The notes beneath the pieces are model-generated. The model was not told the DNA's origin. It saw nothing but the letters and a program-made list of their open reading frames with translations, and did not search any database. Source: a virus (Duplodnaviria; Heunggongvirae; Uroviricota; Caudoviricetes). From it: 64,000 bases of DNA. How positions within the stretch are numbered: the first letter of the stretch is position 1; every line of letters begins with the position of its first letter. Positions 16,921-26,702 of the stretch are shown here, piece by piece. The stretch is from IMG/VR virus record IMGVR_UViG_3300026549_001031. One strand, given 5' to 3'. The translations under genes were made by a program, and so were the position numbers.

Positions 16921-18182
16921 GTAATATTACATTTGTTAAATCAAATTACAATAAACGTGGTGTATATGTACTTGACTTTGATGAGTATAAGCAGGTATTT
17001 GCAGAGGGATCACAGCTACAAATTAGTGACACAGTAAGAAAGAGCATTAAGGAATCAAGAGCAACATTGGTATTTAAGAATACACAGTTAAAGGTTTATG
17101 GGTATCTTTTAGAGAAAAGAGATAAGCATAAAAACTTACAGTTGTGCTGGGTATTAACACCAATCAACAGTGAGGTTGAGAAAGTAAACAATTCGCATAA
17201 GATATTTACACTTCCTGGTGATAAGGTGATTGACATTGATAAGTTTGGAGACAGGCTTTTAGATGATCCTGAATCACCTGTGAATAAATTCAAGTACGAG
17301 ATTATTTACAGACAGACACCATTTGGAGTGTTAGAGACAGAAAATAGGTTTAGAGGATACCTTAGGGGAGAAAATAGTTTAACAGAGGAAGATGAAAATG
17401 AGACACCTGTAATTAAAAAAGAAAGCATCAAGGTTGAGAAAGAAAGCATTGAAGTCAAGAATGATACAGAGGCTGAAAAGACAGAGACACCTGTAGAAAA
17501 AGAAAATGCATTGGTTAAGAAAGAGATCAGCACAGAAAGTAAAGAGAGTACAGCATCAACTAAGAAAGAGGTACATGAAGATACAAATGTTGAAGCAGCT
17601 CAAAAACATGTAGATGCAATACTTAATGCACCAATGCAGCAGGCAGTAGATAAGATATTTAGTGAGAAAATGGATGAACTCTTGGATAGAGAGTTAGCAC
17701 TTAGAGAAAAAGAAAAAGAGATTGACTCATTAAAAGATAAACTTGCTAATAGATTGGATGGACTTGACAATGTGATTAAAATGACCAATGGAATTGAAGC
17801 AGATGCAAAGATAATTGGTGTAACACACATCGATAAGTTTAATGAGGAAGAGGTAATTGATGATATAGACAGTAGTGATATTGCTTATGAGACAGCGTTA
17901 AAATTGATGGACTTTGGAGATATAATTACAATTCCATTAAAAGTATTTAAGAAATACACTATGTATGCTAAGAAAGCAATAGAGTCAAATAGAGATTACA
18001 CAATTTACAGAATTTTAGCAGTGGTTAAGTTTGATAGCAAGGCTAACAGAGAAATGTTAGCACTGTGTAACTTCGATGAGACAGTTGGAAAAGTAAGAAT
18101 ACAGGTTGCTAGAAAATATATGAACAAGGCAGTGAGTGAGCAAGACATAGTAGAATACTATGATACATATATTAGAGGTTAG
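16917..18182 (+). CDS. Hypothetical protein with E/K-rich linker and coiled coil
   Basis: ATGA overlap with previous gene; 421 aa. Confidence 0.7.
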   Translation: MSNITFVKSNYNKRGVYVLDFDEYKQVFAEGSQLQISDTVRKSIKESRATLVFKNTQLKVYGYLLEKRDKHKNLQLCWVLTPINSEVEKVNNSHKIFTLPGDKVIDIDKFGDRLLDDPESPVNKFKYEIIYRQTPFGVLETENRFRGYLRGENSLTEEDENETPVIKKESIKVEKESIEVKNDTEAEKTETPVEKENALVKKEISTESKESTASTKKEVHEDTNVEAAQKHVDAILNAPMQQAVDKIFSEKMDELLDRELALREKEKEIDSLKDKLANRLDGLDNVIKMTNGIEADAKIIGVTHIDKFNEEEVIDDIDSSDIAYETALKLMDFGDIITIPLKVFKKYTMYAKKAIESNRDYTIYRILAVVKFDSKANREMLALCNFDETVGKVRIQVARKYMNKAVSEQDIVEYYDTYIRG

Positions 18183-18187
18183 TTAGC

Positions 18188-18880
18188 ATGGGTAAGTTTA
18201 TAAGAGATACAAATACGACTGGAAATGGTACATATATTAAAAAAGAGTCAGCAACTGATGAAATGAGAAGAGCAGTGCTAAAGAATGTGACCATTCCGAT
18301 ATACTTTTATAGAATAATTGTTCCTCAGTTGGATGGATATTATGACGTTTATCCTGTTAATTTTGACAGAGATCCGAGAGCTTGTTGTCCTTTACATGAT
18401 GAGGACACACCATCTTTTAGGTACTATGAGGACACAGAAAGTTTTTATTGTTTCGGTTGTGGAGTAGGTGGTAACATTATAAATCTTCACATGGCATATG
18501 CTTCAAGAATGTCAGGAAATAAGGTCACTAAAGATGAGGCAATTAACTTTTTATATAATTACTTTATACGTGGAAAAGAAACGACTACACAGTTTGTTGA
18601 GAAAAGTGATCAAGTAAATGAAAAACTCAACAGTGATAAAGATATAATTAAACTTAATATTTATAGAGTCAACTTGGAGAAAAGTATTATGGCAGATGCA
18701 AAATTAAAGTCGGACGTAAAGATTAAGTTGTATGAGGCATTGGATAATGTAGACTTGCTTATTTCAATGGATAAGGTTGATACAAGATCAGCAGAGAAAT
18801 ATTTGAAAGAAAAAGTAAAAGAATTGATAACAGCAGATGCTTATGAGACACAGCATAAGTTAATAAAGATAGGAGTTTAG
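18188..18880 (+). CDS. CHC2 zinc-finger protein (DnaG primase zinc-binding domain)
   Basis: ACCPLHDEDTPSFRYY...FYCFGCGVGGNIIN; no Toprim domain. Confidence 0.85.
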   Translation: MGKFIRDTNTTGNGTYIKKESATDEMRRAVLKNVTIPIYFYRIIVPQLDGYYDVYPVNFDRDPRACCPLHDEDTPSFRYYEDTESFYCFGCGVGGNIINLHMAYASRMSGNKVTKDEAINFLYNYFIRGKETTTQFVEKSDQVNEKLNSDKDIIKLNIYRVNLEKSIMADAKLKSDVKIKLYEALDNVDLLISMDKVDTRSAEKYLKEKVKELITADAYETQHKLIKIGV

Positions 18881-18882
18881 AG

Positions 18883-19824
18883 ATGAAAGTAAGTTACATA
18901 GTTTGTGATAATGAGAATTGTGGTAAAAAGATGAATGAAGATGAATGTGTTACAATGTACCTGGACAGTAAGCAATATGATTTATGCAGGAGATGTGCTA
19001 ACAAGATTAAAAATATGTTAAAGTCAATAATAAAAGAGAGTACACAGGAAATCAAAGGAATTGCAGATGATAAAAAGAGTGAGATCAGTGATGAACTTGG
19101 TGTCCATGAGAAACAGACAGAGGTTAAAAGAGAAGAGACAGGGGTTGAAAATCAGCAGGACAGTACAGAGGATGCATTAGAAAATAAAAGTGAAATTGAG
19201 AATAAGGAATCAAGTGCAGTAGAAAAAGAGACAGGCACAGAGAAAGTAGAGAAGAAACAGTATAAGTGTTTAGCAGTCACTGATAACAGTAAAGATAGAC
19301 AGCAGGAAGTAAATAAATGCAGTAAGCATAATTCAGATAAGACACGGAAATCAAAGACAGATATTGTAATTGAAATTATTAAAGCAGGTGGAGATTACCA
19401 CGACATTAGTAATGAGTTAGGTGTCTGTATTGGAACAGCAAAGACATATTATTATACATACAGAAGTAAGATTTTAGGTCCAAAGAAAAAAGCAGATACA
19501 ACTGAAAAAGAAACAGATACAGAGGAAGTAAAAGAGAAAGCATCTAATAAAAAGACAACGACACATGCACAAATGAAGGACTTAGAGGAATTGATGGAAG
19601 ATAAGTTTGACATTGAGTATGGGATGCTTAGCAAAGAACAGTTAAAGGCACTAGCAGAAGTTGAATGTACAGGAACTGTTGGTGAGCACTGTAGGAATTG
19701 CTTTTACAGAGATAGAAAGTTGAACACTTGTTATTATACAGTGGTCACTAATAAATCAAATAGAGTCGCAAGAGGTTCAAGTTGTGAACACTATATAAAT
19801 AGGAAATACAAGGAGGAAAATTAA
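18883..19824 (+). CDS. Hypothetical protein with N- and C-terminal Cys clusters
   Basis: CDNENC..CRRC; CRNC..C..C; E/K-rich middle. Confidence 0.65.
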   Translation: MKVSYIVCDNENCGKKMNEDECVTMYLDSKQYDLCRRCANKIKNMLKSIIKESTQEIKGIADDKKSEISDELGVHEKQTEVKREETGVENQQDSTEDALENKSEIENKESSAVEKETGTEKVEKKQYKCLAVTDNSKDRQQEVNKCSKHNSDKTRKSKTDIVIEIIKAGGDYHDISNELGVCIGTAKTYYYTYRSKILGPKKKADTTEKETDTEEVKEKASNKKTTTHAQMKDLEELMEDKFDIEYGMLSKEQLKALAEVECTGTVGEHCRNCFYRDRKLNTCYYTVVTNKSNRVARGSSCEHYINRKYKEEN

Positions 19825-19825
19825 A

Positions 19826-20863
19826 ATGGCACAACCTGTAGTGAGTTACCCTGGAGCAAAATGGAAGTTCATACCTGATATGATTGAGTACTTTCCATTA
19901 GACATGAAAACTTTTGTAGAGCCTTTCTTTGGTGGTGGGTCAGTTAGTTTATCAGTTGCAGACGATGGCAGATTTACTAAACTTGAAAGAATGATTGGTG
20001 GAGACCTGTACACGGAGATGTGGTCAATGTGGATGGGCATTAAACAAAATCCTGATGCTGTGATTGAGATAGCAACTAACATGTTCAATAAATGGTGTCC
20101 TCATCAGAGTGCAATACATGACTCTGGGTTTATTGGAGGACTTGCAAGAAGTTACATCAATGATGATGGAGAGAACAAAGATTTTGAGAAGTCAGACATG
20201 ACAGAAGCAGATAAGCAGATTATTAGAGATAATATTGCATTATATAATCTGGCATGCAAGGAGGGTAAGGACTTTTGGAATTGGGCAGAGACAGTTGATA
20301 CAACTCAAATGTCACTTGAAGAAAGAGCAGCACGCATGATTTTAGTGAATAAGATCAGTTTCAGTGGAATGGGAGATGCAGGTTCATTAAGTAAAGATCA
20401 GTTCTGTGATTTTAAGTTAGACAAGTTAGATGTCATTTATGATGCTCATAGACTTTTACAAAGAATTGAGTTATACAATGTGTCATTTGAAGATACAATG
20501 AAATATGCTGAAGAGTCACCTAACGATAGCTTTATTTTTCTAGATCCTCCATATGCAGCTCAAGAGGGATCAGGGTTATATGGTAAGGGTGGCAGTACAC
20601 ATCATGGTTTTCCTCATCAACATTTTGCAGAGTTTACAAAGAGTATGCATGCTAAATGGTTTGTTACATATGATGATTCAGTACTTGTACGTAAGTTATT
20701 CTCAGGTAATACAGTGTATGGAACACCTTGCTATATGAAAGAGTATAAGACAGTATACACAATGGCAGGTAAGACAGCTGAAGATGCATTGAAAGGCGAA
20801 GAGTTGTTCATTTCCAACATGAATATATTTGAAGAGGACATTGATGATGAATATGACTTCTAA
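19826..20863 (+). CDS. D12-class (Dam-like) DNA adenine methyltransferase
   Basis: YPGAK, FVEPFFGGGSV, FLDPPY, WFVTYDD. Confidence 0.9.
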   Translation: MAQPVVSYPGAKWKFIPDMIEYFPLDMKTFVEPFFGGGSVSLSVADDGRFTKLERMIGGDLYTEMWSMWMGIKQNPDAVIEIATNMFNKWCPHQSAIHDSGFIGGLARSYINDDGENKDFEKSDMTEADKQIIRDNIALYNLACKEGKDFWNWAETVDTTQMSLEERAARMILVNKISFSGMGDAGSLSKDQFCDFKLDKLDVIYDAHRLLQRIELYNVSFEDTMKYAEESPNDSFIFLDPPYAAQEGSGLYGKGGSTHHGFPHQHFAEFTKSMHAKWFVTYDDSVLVRKLFSGNTVYGTPCYMKEYKTVYTMAGKTAEDALKGEELFISNMNIFEEDIDDEYDF

Positions 20864-20885
20864 AATAAAATAAGACATAGAGTAT

Positions 20886-20927
20886 AAAAATGGTGTAGCA
20901 TTGGTATTTGATGCTATGCCATTTTTT
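20886..20927 (+). terminator. Intrinsic terminator
   Basis: ATGGTGTAGCAT...ATGCTATGCCAT + T tract. Confidence 0.75.
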
Positions 20928-20977
20928 GTGCACTATATTTATAAAAATTAAGATTTAATTTTATTTTTGATTATGAG

Positions 20978-22195
20978 GTGGAGTACATGGAAGCATACGT
21001 AACTAGACAACCTGTAAGGGAAATTAACAAGAAATTATTCGCAAATGATTTAAAGTATAGCGAAGATAACAGTGGGAATCAATTGGAGACACTTATTTCT
21101 AACATTATACAGAGGTATGATCCTGAGGATGCTTTGGCAAATATACCTACTATACTTGAAGTTAAAGAGTATAACATTACTAAAGAAAATAAGAATAAGT
21201 TGTTATGTTTAGACACACATTCAGTTTATTTTCAGTTCAATAATGATTGTTTGAACAGCAGGGAAAAAACAGAGATAATCAGCTCATTAAAAGATAGTGG
21301 CTATAAAATTATTATTGAATTGAATAAGGAAGATGAGTTTGCTACAATGGCAAACATCCTTGCTGACATTGTTAAAGTAGATATTCATGGTCTGCCTGAT
21401 AAAATCATTAAAAAAGGAAGTATGCAGGGTAAGTTGTTGGCTTATAACGTTGATACTTCTGAAGATTACATGATGGCAGAAACATCAGGCGTTGACTTAT
21501 ATGAGGGTAAATACATTGGAGAAGAGACAAGCATTCAGATTGATTGTAACTCACACTCAGATGCAAACTTCATTGAGGTAATTGCACTGATAAACAATGA
21601 GAAGGCATCAATAGATGACATTGCAAAAGCAATCGCACATGATTCTTTAATGTCAGCACAGGTAATTAGATTGTCTAATTCAGTGTATTATGGGGCTAGG
21701 ACACGTATAGAAAAAGTGAGGGATGCAGTAGTAAGAATAGGTTTATCATCGTTGAAAAGATGGATATTCTTATTAAAGTTTGTAAGGAATGACAATGCTT
21801 CAGAAGAGTTACTTAAGACTTCTTATCATAGAGCAGTGTTCTGTGAAGAGATTGCAAAGAAATCAAAGAAATGTTCAGTTAAAAGCGATGATGCTTATAT
21901 GATTGGTTTATTTTCTGCTTTGGATATATTGACAGGAAACACTATTGATAAAGAGATGAGCCAGTTGAATTTAAGTGAGACAATAGAAGATGCTATCATA
22001 TACAGAGAGGGTGATGGTGGTATGCTTCTAAACTTAGTGAAAGCATATGAAGAAGCTAATTGGAAGAGGGTAGATAATTACATAGATAAATTAAAGCTGA
22101 CTCGCGATGATATGTATAAGATGTACTTCAAAGCTGCTGATGCAGTGGCTAAGGTTTGGAAGAGCATGACAGAGTTTGGAGGACTTGCAGGATGA
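20978..22195 (+). CDS. Degenerate EAL + HDOD domain protein (YuxH/CdgJ-like)
   Basis: YVTRQPV start; HDSLMSAQVIRLSNS..AVVRIGLSSLKRW; AYMIGLFSALD; EAL catalytic motifs (DDFG) absent. Confidence 0.85.
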   Translation: MEYMEAYVTRQPVREINKKLFANDLKYSEDNSGNQLETLISNIIQRYDPEDALANIPTILEVKEYNITKENKNKLLCLDTHSVYFQFNNDCLNSREKTEIISSLKDSGYKIIIELNKEDEFATMANILADIVKVDIHGLPDKIIKKGSMQGKLLAYNVDTSEDYMMAETSGVDLYEGKYIGEETSIQIDCNSHSDANFIEVIALINNEKASIDDIAKAIAHDSLMSAQVIRLSNSVYYGARTRIEKVRDAVVRIGLSSLKRWIFLLKFVRNDNASEELLKTSYHRAVFCEEIAKKSKKCSVKSDDAYMIGLFSALDILTGNTIDKEMSQLNLSETIEDAIIYREGDGGMLLNLVKAYEEANWKRVDNYIDKLKLTRDDMYKMYFKAADAVAKVWKSMTEFGGLAG

Positions 22196-22611
22196 TAGCT
22201 ATTATGTATGATGGACTTGAGTTAGGTACCTTTCATGATGAAAATGGTAAGCTTGTATTAAAACTCAACGACAATATACATAAGCAGTGGTTGCCTTATA
22301 TATTTGAACTTGGTTTAGACAATGGTACAGACATGAATGAGGTCATAGCTGCTTGGAAAAAAGAAAGGGTATTTCCTAAGAATAGATTGAACAGTAGGAA
22401 ACTACTGAAAGAACTTGGTCTTAAGAAATATGACATTGATAAAATAGCAGAGATCACTAGATGTTCTGTTGTTACAGATCCATATTGGTTAGTATACAAG
22501 GATACAGATAGGTACCATACTGAATCAATTAGAGGACAATTGGGAGAGAGTCATTACCCTTATAATAGTATAGGCGTAAGAGATGAGGATAAATACATAT
22601 GGCGAAAATAA
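22192..22611 (+). CDS. HipA N-terminal-like (coupling) protein
   Basis: ATG 22192 overlaps HDOD stop (ATGA), GGAGG RBS; ELGTF..KLVL, WKKERVFPKNR, TDPYWL; directly precedes HipA-like kinase. Confidence 0.6.
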   Translation: MIAIMYDGLELGTFHDENGKLVLKLNDNIHKQWLPYIFELGLDNGTDMNEVIAAWKKERVFPKNRLNSRKLLKELGLKKYDIDKIAEITRCSVVTDPYWLVYKDTDRYHTESIRGQLGESHYPYNSIGVRDEDKYIWRK

Positions 22612-23426
22612 TAGAATATAAAGGAATGGAATTAGAATTTCAAGATTTTAGGAGATCACATGCAAATGGTGGTCAGTTGCCTAAATTGTGGGTTAGAGAC
22701 AGGTTGACAGGTAGAATCTTCCTTATAAAAGGAAACAGTTTATTCAATACTGAACCATTTGGAGAAAAGCTAGCATACATAATTGGTAGGGACCTTGGCA
22801 TTGATGTTCTGGAATATGACCTAATCAAGACAGATGAAATCAATAGAGTATTTGGAAGTGACATGCTAAATTGCAAATATGCAAGTATTTGTGAGAAGAT
22901 AGACAGGAAAGGGTGCTCAATTACTTCAGTGGCAGAAGTTAAGAGAGCAAGGAATGTAATAAGTGAACATAAGGTCACAAATAAAGATGTTATGTATGAG
23001 TTACTTCCTAAGTCTTATATAGACACTATGTTTCTGTTTGATGCTATTATTGGAAATAGTGACAGACATTATGGAAATGTGCATATGCTTAGGAATACTA
23101 AGGGAGAATTTTCAGGTGCACCATTATTTGATAATGGTGCAAGTTTATTGTCGAATGTACCATTATTATTAGCATTAGCTAGCAATTATAAAGTGGGTGA
23201 AGTATTTAATAGCTCTTATACAATAGATAAAAAACATGATGCACAGGTTGCAACAATAGATACACTTGATAATGTTAATTTTAACATAGCAAGTAAAACA
23301 ATTGACATATTAAATGATGTAGAGCCTACATTGAGTTTAATGTCACATGCTAGGGCAGATATAATTAAGAAATACATTGTATATAGGCTGCACAAATATT
23401 TGGGAATGTTGAAGCATAATGCATAG
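22599..23426 (+). CDS. HipA/CtkA-like Ser/Thr kinase
   Basis: GGQLPK, FLIKG, EKLA, LFDAIIGNSDRHYGN, APLFDNGASL. Confidence 0.85.
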   Translation: MAKIIEYKGMELEFQDFRRSHANGGQLPKLWVRDRLTGRIFLIKGNSLFNTEPFGEKLAYIIGRDLGIDVLEYDLIKTDEINRVFGSDMLNCKYASICEKIDRKGCSITSVAEVKRARNVISEHKVTNKDVMYELLPKSYIDTMFLFDAIIGNSDRHYGNVHMLRNTKGEFSGAPLFDNGASLLSNVPLLLALASNYKVGEVFNSSYTIDKKHDAQVATIDTLDNVNFNIASKTIDILNDVEPTLSLMSHARADIIKKYIVYRLHKYLGMLKHNA

Positions 23427-23522
23427 GTGTACTAATAATGATACATTCGCACAGACGTGAGAATGAATAAGAAATATAATTTATTAAATTATAAAATAAT
23501 TATGTAAAGGAGAGAAAAGGTA

Positions 23523-24464
23523 ATGAGAACATTTACTATGATTACTAGACAGGGAAAGTCAAAAGACAGCGTTAGTGCATACACATTGATTTCTTCTGAC
23601 TATCAGACAGTAACAATGGGTGTCGCTGACCTGGCAAAAGAAATTAAATCAGGTAAAATGAAGGTTACAAACCTTAGTGTTGAGGGATCTAACATTGTTT
23701 CAACTAACGGTGCATTAGATAAATATACCTTCATCAATACTGACACTGGTATGGTTGAGGGTACAGCACATGCAGTCATCCTTAACAGAGCAGAGAGCAA
23801 GGGTAAGCTGATTGGATACACTGTATTTACAAATACAGGTAGTTTAGCAGAACTTTCTGTTGCTGAGACAGTTGCATTGGCTAAAAATAAGTTGATCTCT
23901 AATGGTAAGATCAGACATACTGAAGATGGGGATATCATTTCTGCTATTGGTGGTAACTTTGTTATCAGAGATTGCACAGTGAAAGAGGCACCTAAGGGTA
24001 AGATCACTACACAGGTATTATTCTTTGGTAAAGTGGTTGGCATGTCAAGTGAGTACTTTGGAGCAATTGTTTCATGTACATCAGCAGCTGAAATGTCAAG
24101 ATTAGCAACTATTTTACATCAGTCTAACGCTAATGTAATTGCAGAGGCAGTTAAGTTTGGTGGACAGGAAGTAAGAAATCAGCTTAAGATTCAGAGAATG
24201 GGCACTAACAGTTTATACGGTGTTTTTGAGTTATCTGTACTTGAGAAACTTGTTAAGGCACAGGCTAAAGTAGAGAACAAGTTAAAGAACATTGCAGTTT
24301 CAGTGATCAAGTACGATAAAGACTTCAGCTCTACTGAAGGAAAGATCGAACTTGGTAGAGATTGGAAGCCTAAGGCAAGACCTGAAGAGGGACCTTTAAG
24401 TGGTGCAGTTACAGAATATGCTAAAGCAGTAGTTGCTAAGTTTGGATCAGTGAAAGTTGAGTAA
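23523..24464 (+). CDS. Hypothetical protein with paralogous tandem N-terminal domain
   Basis: YTLIS..KVTNLSV..NGALDKY and ILNRAESKGKLIGYTVF..LISNGKI repeats. Confidence 0.7.
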   Translation: MRTFTMITRQGKSKDSVSAYTLISSDYQTVTMGVADLAKEIKSGKMKVTNLSVEGSNIVSTNGALDKYTFINTDTGMVEGTAHAVILNRAESKGKLIGYTVFTNTGSLAELSVAETVALAKNKLISNGKIRHTEDGDIISAIGGNFVIRDCTVKEAPKGKITTQVLFFGKVVGMSSEYFGAIVSCTSAAEMSRLATILHQSNANVIAEAVKFGGQEVRNQLKIQRMGTNSLYGVFELSVLEKLVKAQAKVENKLKNIAVSVIKYDKDFSSTEGKIELGRDWKPKARPEEGPLSGAVTEYAKAVVAKFGSVKVE

Positions 24465-24505
24465 AAAGCAGCACTGAAAAAAAAGTGAATAGCATTGAGT
24501 ATAGA

Positions 24506-24540
24506 GGGCATAACATATATGGTGTTATGCCCTTTTATTT
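24506..24540 (+). terminator. Intrinsic terminator
   Basis: GGGCATAACAT...GTGTTATGCCC + T tract. Confidence 0.8.
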
Positions 24541-24708
24541 TGGTTTATTGTACTAGTGGTCTAATAAAGAAGATCAGTACTTAATAAATAAAGCAGAGGG
24601 TATTTTACAGAAAAAGTAGGTAGGGCATTCATAAGACATTAAAAGAGCTGGAGTGCATATGATAAAAAGCTGAATATACCTAAAATTAAAATTTCATAGA
24701 CACATTAG

Positions 24709-24737
24709 TTGACAAAATGAAGTTTATTGTGTATAAT
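24709..24737 (+). promoter_or_regulatory. Consensus sigma70 promoter
   Basis: TTGACA-17 nt-TATAAT upstream of ORF 24768. Confidence 0.85.
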
Positions 24738-24767
24738 GTTAGTATAAATTAAAGGAGGAAAAAAGAG

Positions 24768-26561
24768 ATGGCAAGAAAAGAAGTAAAGATCACTGGTTCT
24801 ATTGTTGATAACAAGGGAAATTTGATCGGTTTAATGTTAAAAGGACGTGAGTGTGACTTTGGTGGACTTACTACTTCAGAGATGGTTAAGCCTATGACAA
24901 TTGCTGCAATCGTAAGCAGTAAATTTTCTAACAGTCAGATTAAGGTACTGCAGGGAAAAATTGTTGAGCACGGTAAATTTAAGATCAACTCTGTACCTAT
25001 GTACATGTTGAATGGAAATGAGTACAGTCAGATTCCATCTAATGAGGTTTTCATTAGAAAGAGATACATTAAGGATAATCAGAACTACGGTTTTGAGGTA
25101 CAACTGCCTGATGGTTCAACAACAAACTTCTTATATGCAAATGTAATTCAGTTATGTAAGTGGTTTAAGCCTGGCAATTTTGCAATCAGAACATCTAGCA
25201 AAGGAAACTCATACATCTGTGGTAAACCTGATGGACCTAAGATGGAGGATTTTCCTGCAGAGATTATTGGTGATGCACCACAGGCTAAAAGACTTAAGTC
25301 ATCAGCTACAAAGAAGCAGACACGTATCAATGGTGCGCTTGAGACAGGAATTGACATTATTTCTCTGTATGACTTCATTGCTGAATGCAATGGTTTAGTG
25401 ATTAAACTGCCTACAGAAGATTACATTGCTACTACAAAAGATGGTCATACATCAGTTGAAGGATTCACACCTCTGGGAATTGGTGAGGTTGCATCTCCAT
25501 TACCTAAGTTTAATCCTGCTAAAATGAATGTCAATGCAACATTTAAGAAAGTAGGCATTGTTCCTGTTTGTATCAATGGGGCTTCAACTAACATTGTAAG
25601 TTACGTTACAAGATCAAAGAAAATCTTCAACAATGGAGATAACTACATCAAGAGACTTGGTATTGCAGTGTCTACAGACAGGGAGCAGGAGTTACTTGAC
25701 AAGATTGGTAAGTCACTTGCATTGACAAAGATTACTGATAAGCATATCATTGAGCCAATGAGTCAGGTAATTGATGCTAAGTCACTTGTGTTCTATGAGG
25801 TAGACACTTCAAAGATTGACTTAATTTCAAGTAAGCGTAGGGCATACAGTATTCTGACACCTGATAAGGTGCTTGAACTTGTAGAAAAGCAGTCACAGCT
25901 TAGATTAGCAGCTAAAGCATTTGGTCCTCAGGGAGGAATCATGAAAGAGGCTAGAGCAGAACTCTCTGATGCAGATATAGCATCTGCAAGTGGCAGACAC
26001 GTTTGGGGAATGTTTGGCATGATGAATAGTGAGGCACTTGCAGCTGTAAAAGAAGCAGGCATTGACATTTATACAGGTGAGTGTAAAGCAGAGACATCAG
26101 TAGTAAAGAGCAAAGACGCAGATGAAGCAGGTGCAGGCACAGGGGATAAGCCTTTAGAGGTAAGCATTGAATATGCAACTGATAAGTATACATCAGCTAA
26201 AATGACAAAGACAACTGGTAGTGTGGTAAGACAGATGGCAAAAGCTGGTGATACATCACTGTTAAGTGCAGACATATTAAAAGTGATTGCACAGGTGGAT
26301 AGCATTGATAATGCATCAGAAAGATATGCAAAAGCATCTGAATTATATAATAAGTTTAATTCAGAAGTTGAGAAGATCAATAGAAGATTGTGGTTGCATA
26401 ACACTTCTATGTACATTAAGGGTAACAGAGCAAGCATTTTCACGAGCAATGCAGGTGATTGGGAGGATTGTACATCTGGTCGTGTTAAGAAAGGAAAGGT
26501 TTACAGATACAGAGATACAGCTTTGACAGTAAAGGTTGTAGGTGTAGACATTCACAAATAA
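24768..26561 (+). CDS. Hypothetical protein with paralogous tandem N-terminal domain
   Basis: 597 aa; KITGSIVDNKGNLIGLML and IRKRYIKDNQNYGFEV repeats. Confidence 0.7.
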   Translation: MARKEVKITGSIVDNKGNLIGLMLKGRECDFGGLTTSEMVKPMTIAAIVSSKFSNSQIKVLQGKIVEHGKFKINSVPMYMLNGNEYSQIPSNEVFIRKRYIKDNQNYGFEVQLPDGSTTNFLYANVIQLCKWFKPGNFAIRTSSKGNSYICGKPDGPKMEDFPAEIIGDAPQAKRLKSSATKKQTRINGALETGIDIISLYDFIAECNGLVIKLPTEDYIATTKDGHTSVEGFTPLGIGEVASPLPKFNPAKMNVNATFKKVGIVPVCINGASTNIVSYVTRSKKIFNNGDNYIKRLGIAVSTDREQELLDKIGKSLALTKITDKHIIEPMSQVIDAKSLVFYEVDTSKIDLISSKRRAYSILTPDKVLELVEKQSQLRLAAKAFGPQGGIMKEARAELSDADIASASGRHVWGMFGMMNSEALAAVKEAGIDIYTGECKAETSVVKSKDADEAGAGTGDKPLEVSIEYATDKYTSAKMTKTTGSVVRQMAKAGDTSLLSADILKVIAQVDSIDNASERYAKASELYNKFNSEVEKINRRLWLHNTSMYIKGNRASIFTSNAGDWEDCTSGRVKKGKVYRYRDTALTVKVVGVDIHK

Positions 26562-26582
26562 AATAAAGACCTGAAAAGTAGT

Positions 26583-26624
26583 AAAAGGCATGTGGCAAGT
26601 GAAAGCTACATGCCTTTTGTTTTT
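26583..26624 (+). terminator. Intrinsic terminator
   Basis: AAAAGGCATGTGGC...GCTACATGCCTTTT. Confidence 0.8.
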
Positions 26625-26702
26625 GTTTGGCTGAAATAGCTTCATAATATACAATAATAATTAAATTATTTTAATTTTTAATTTTTTAGGAGGATAAAAC
26701 TG

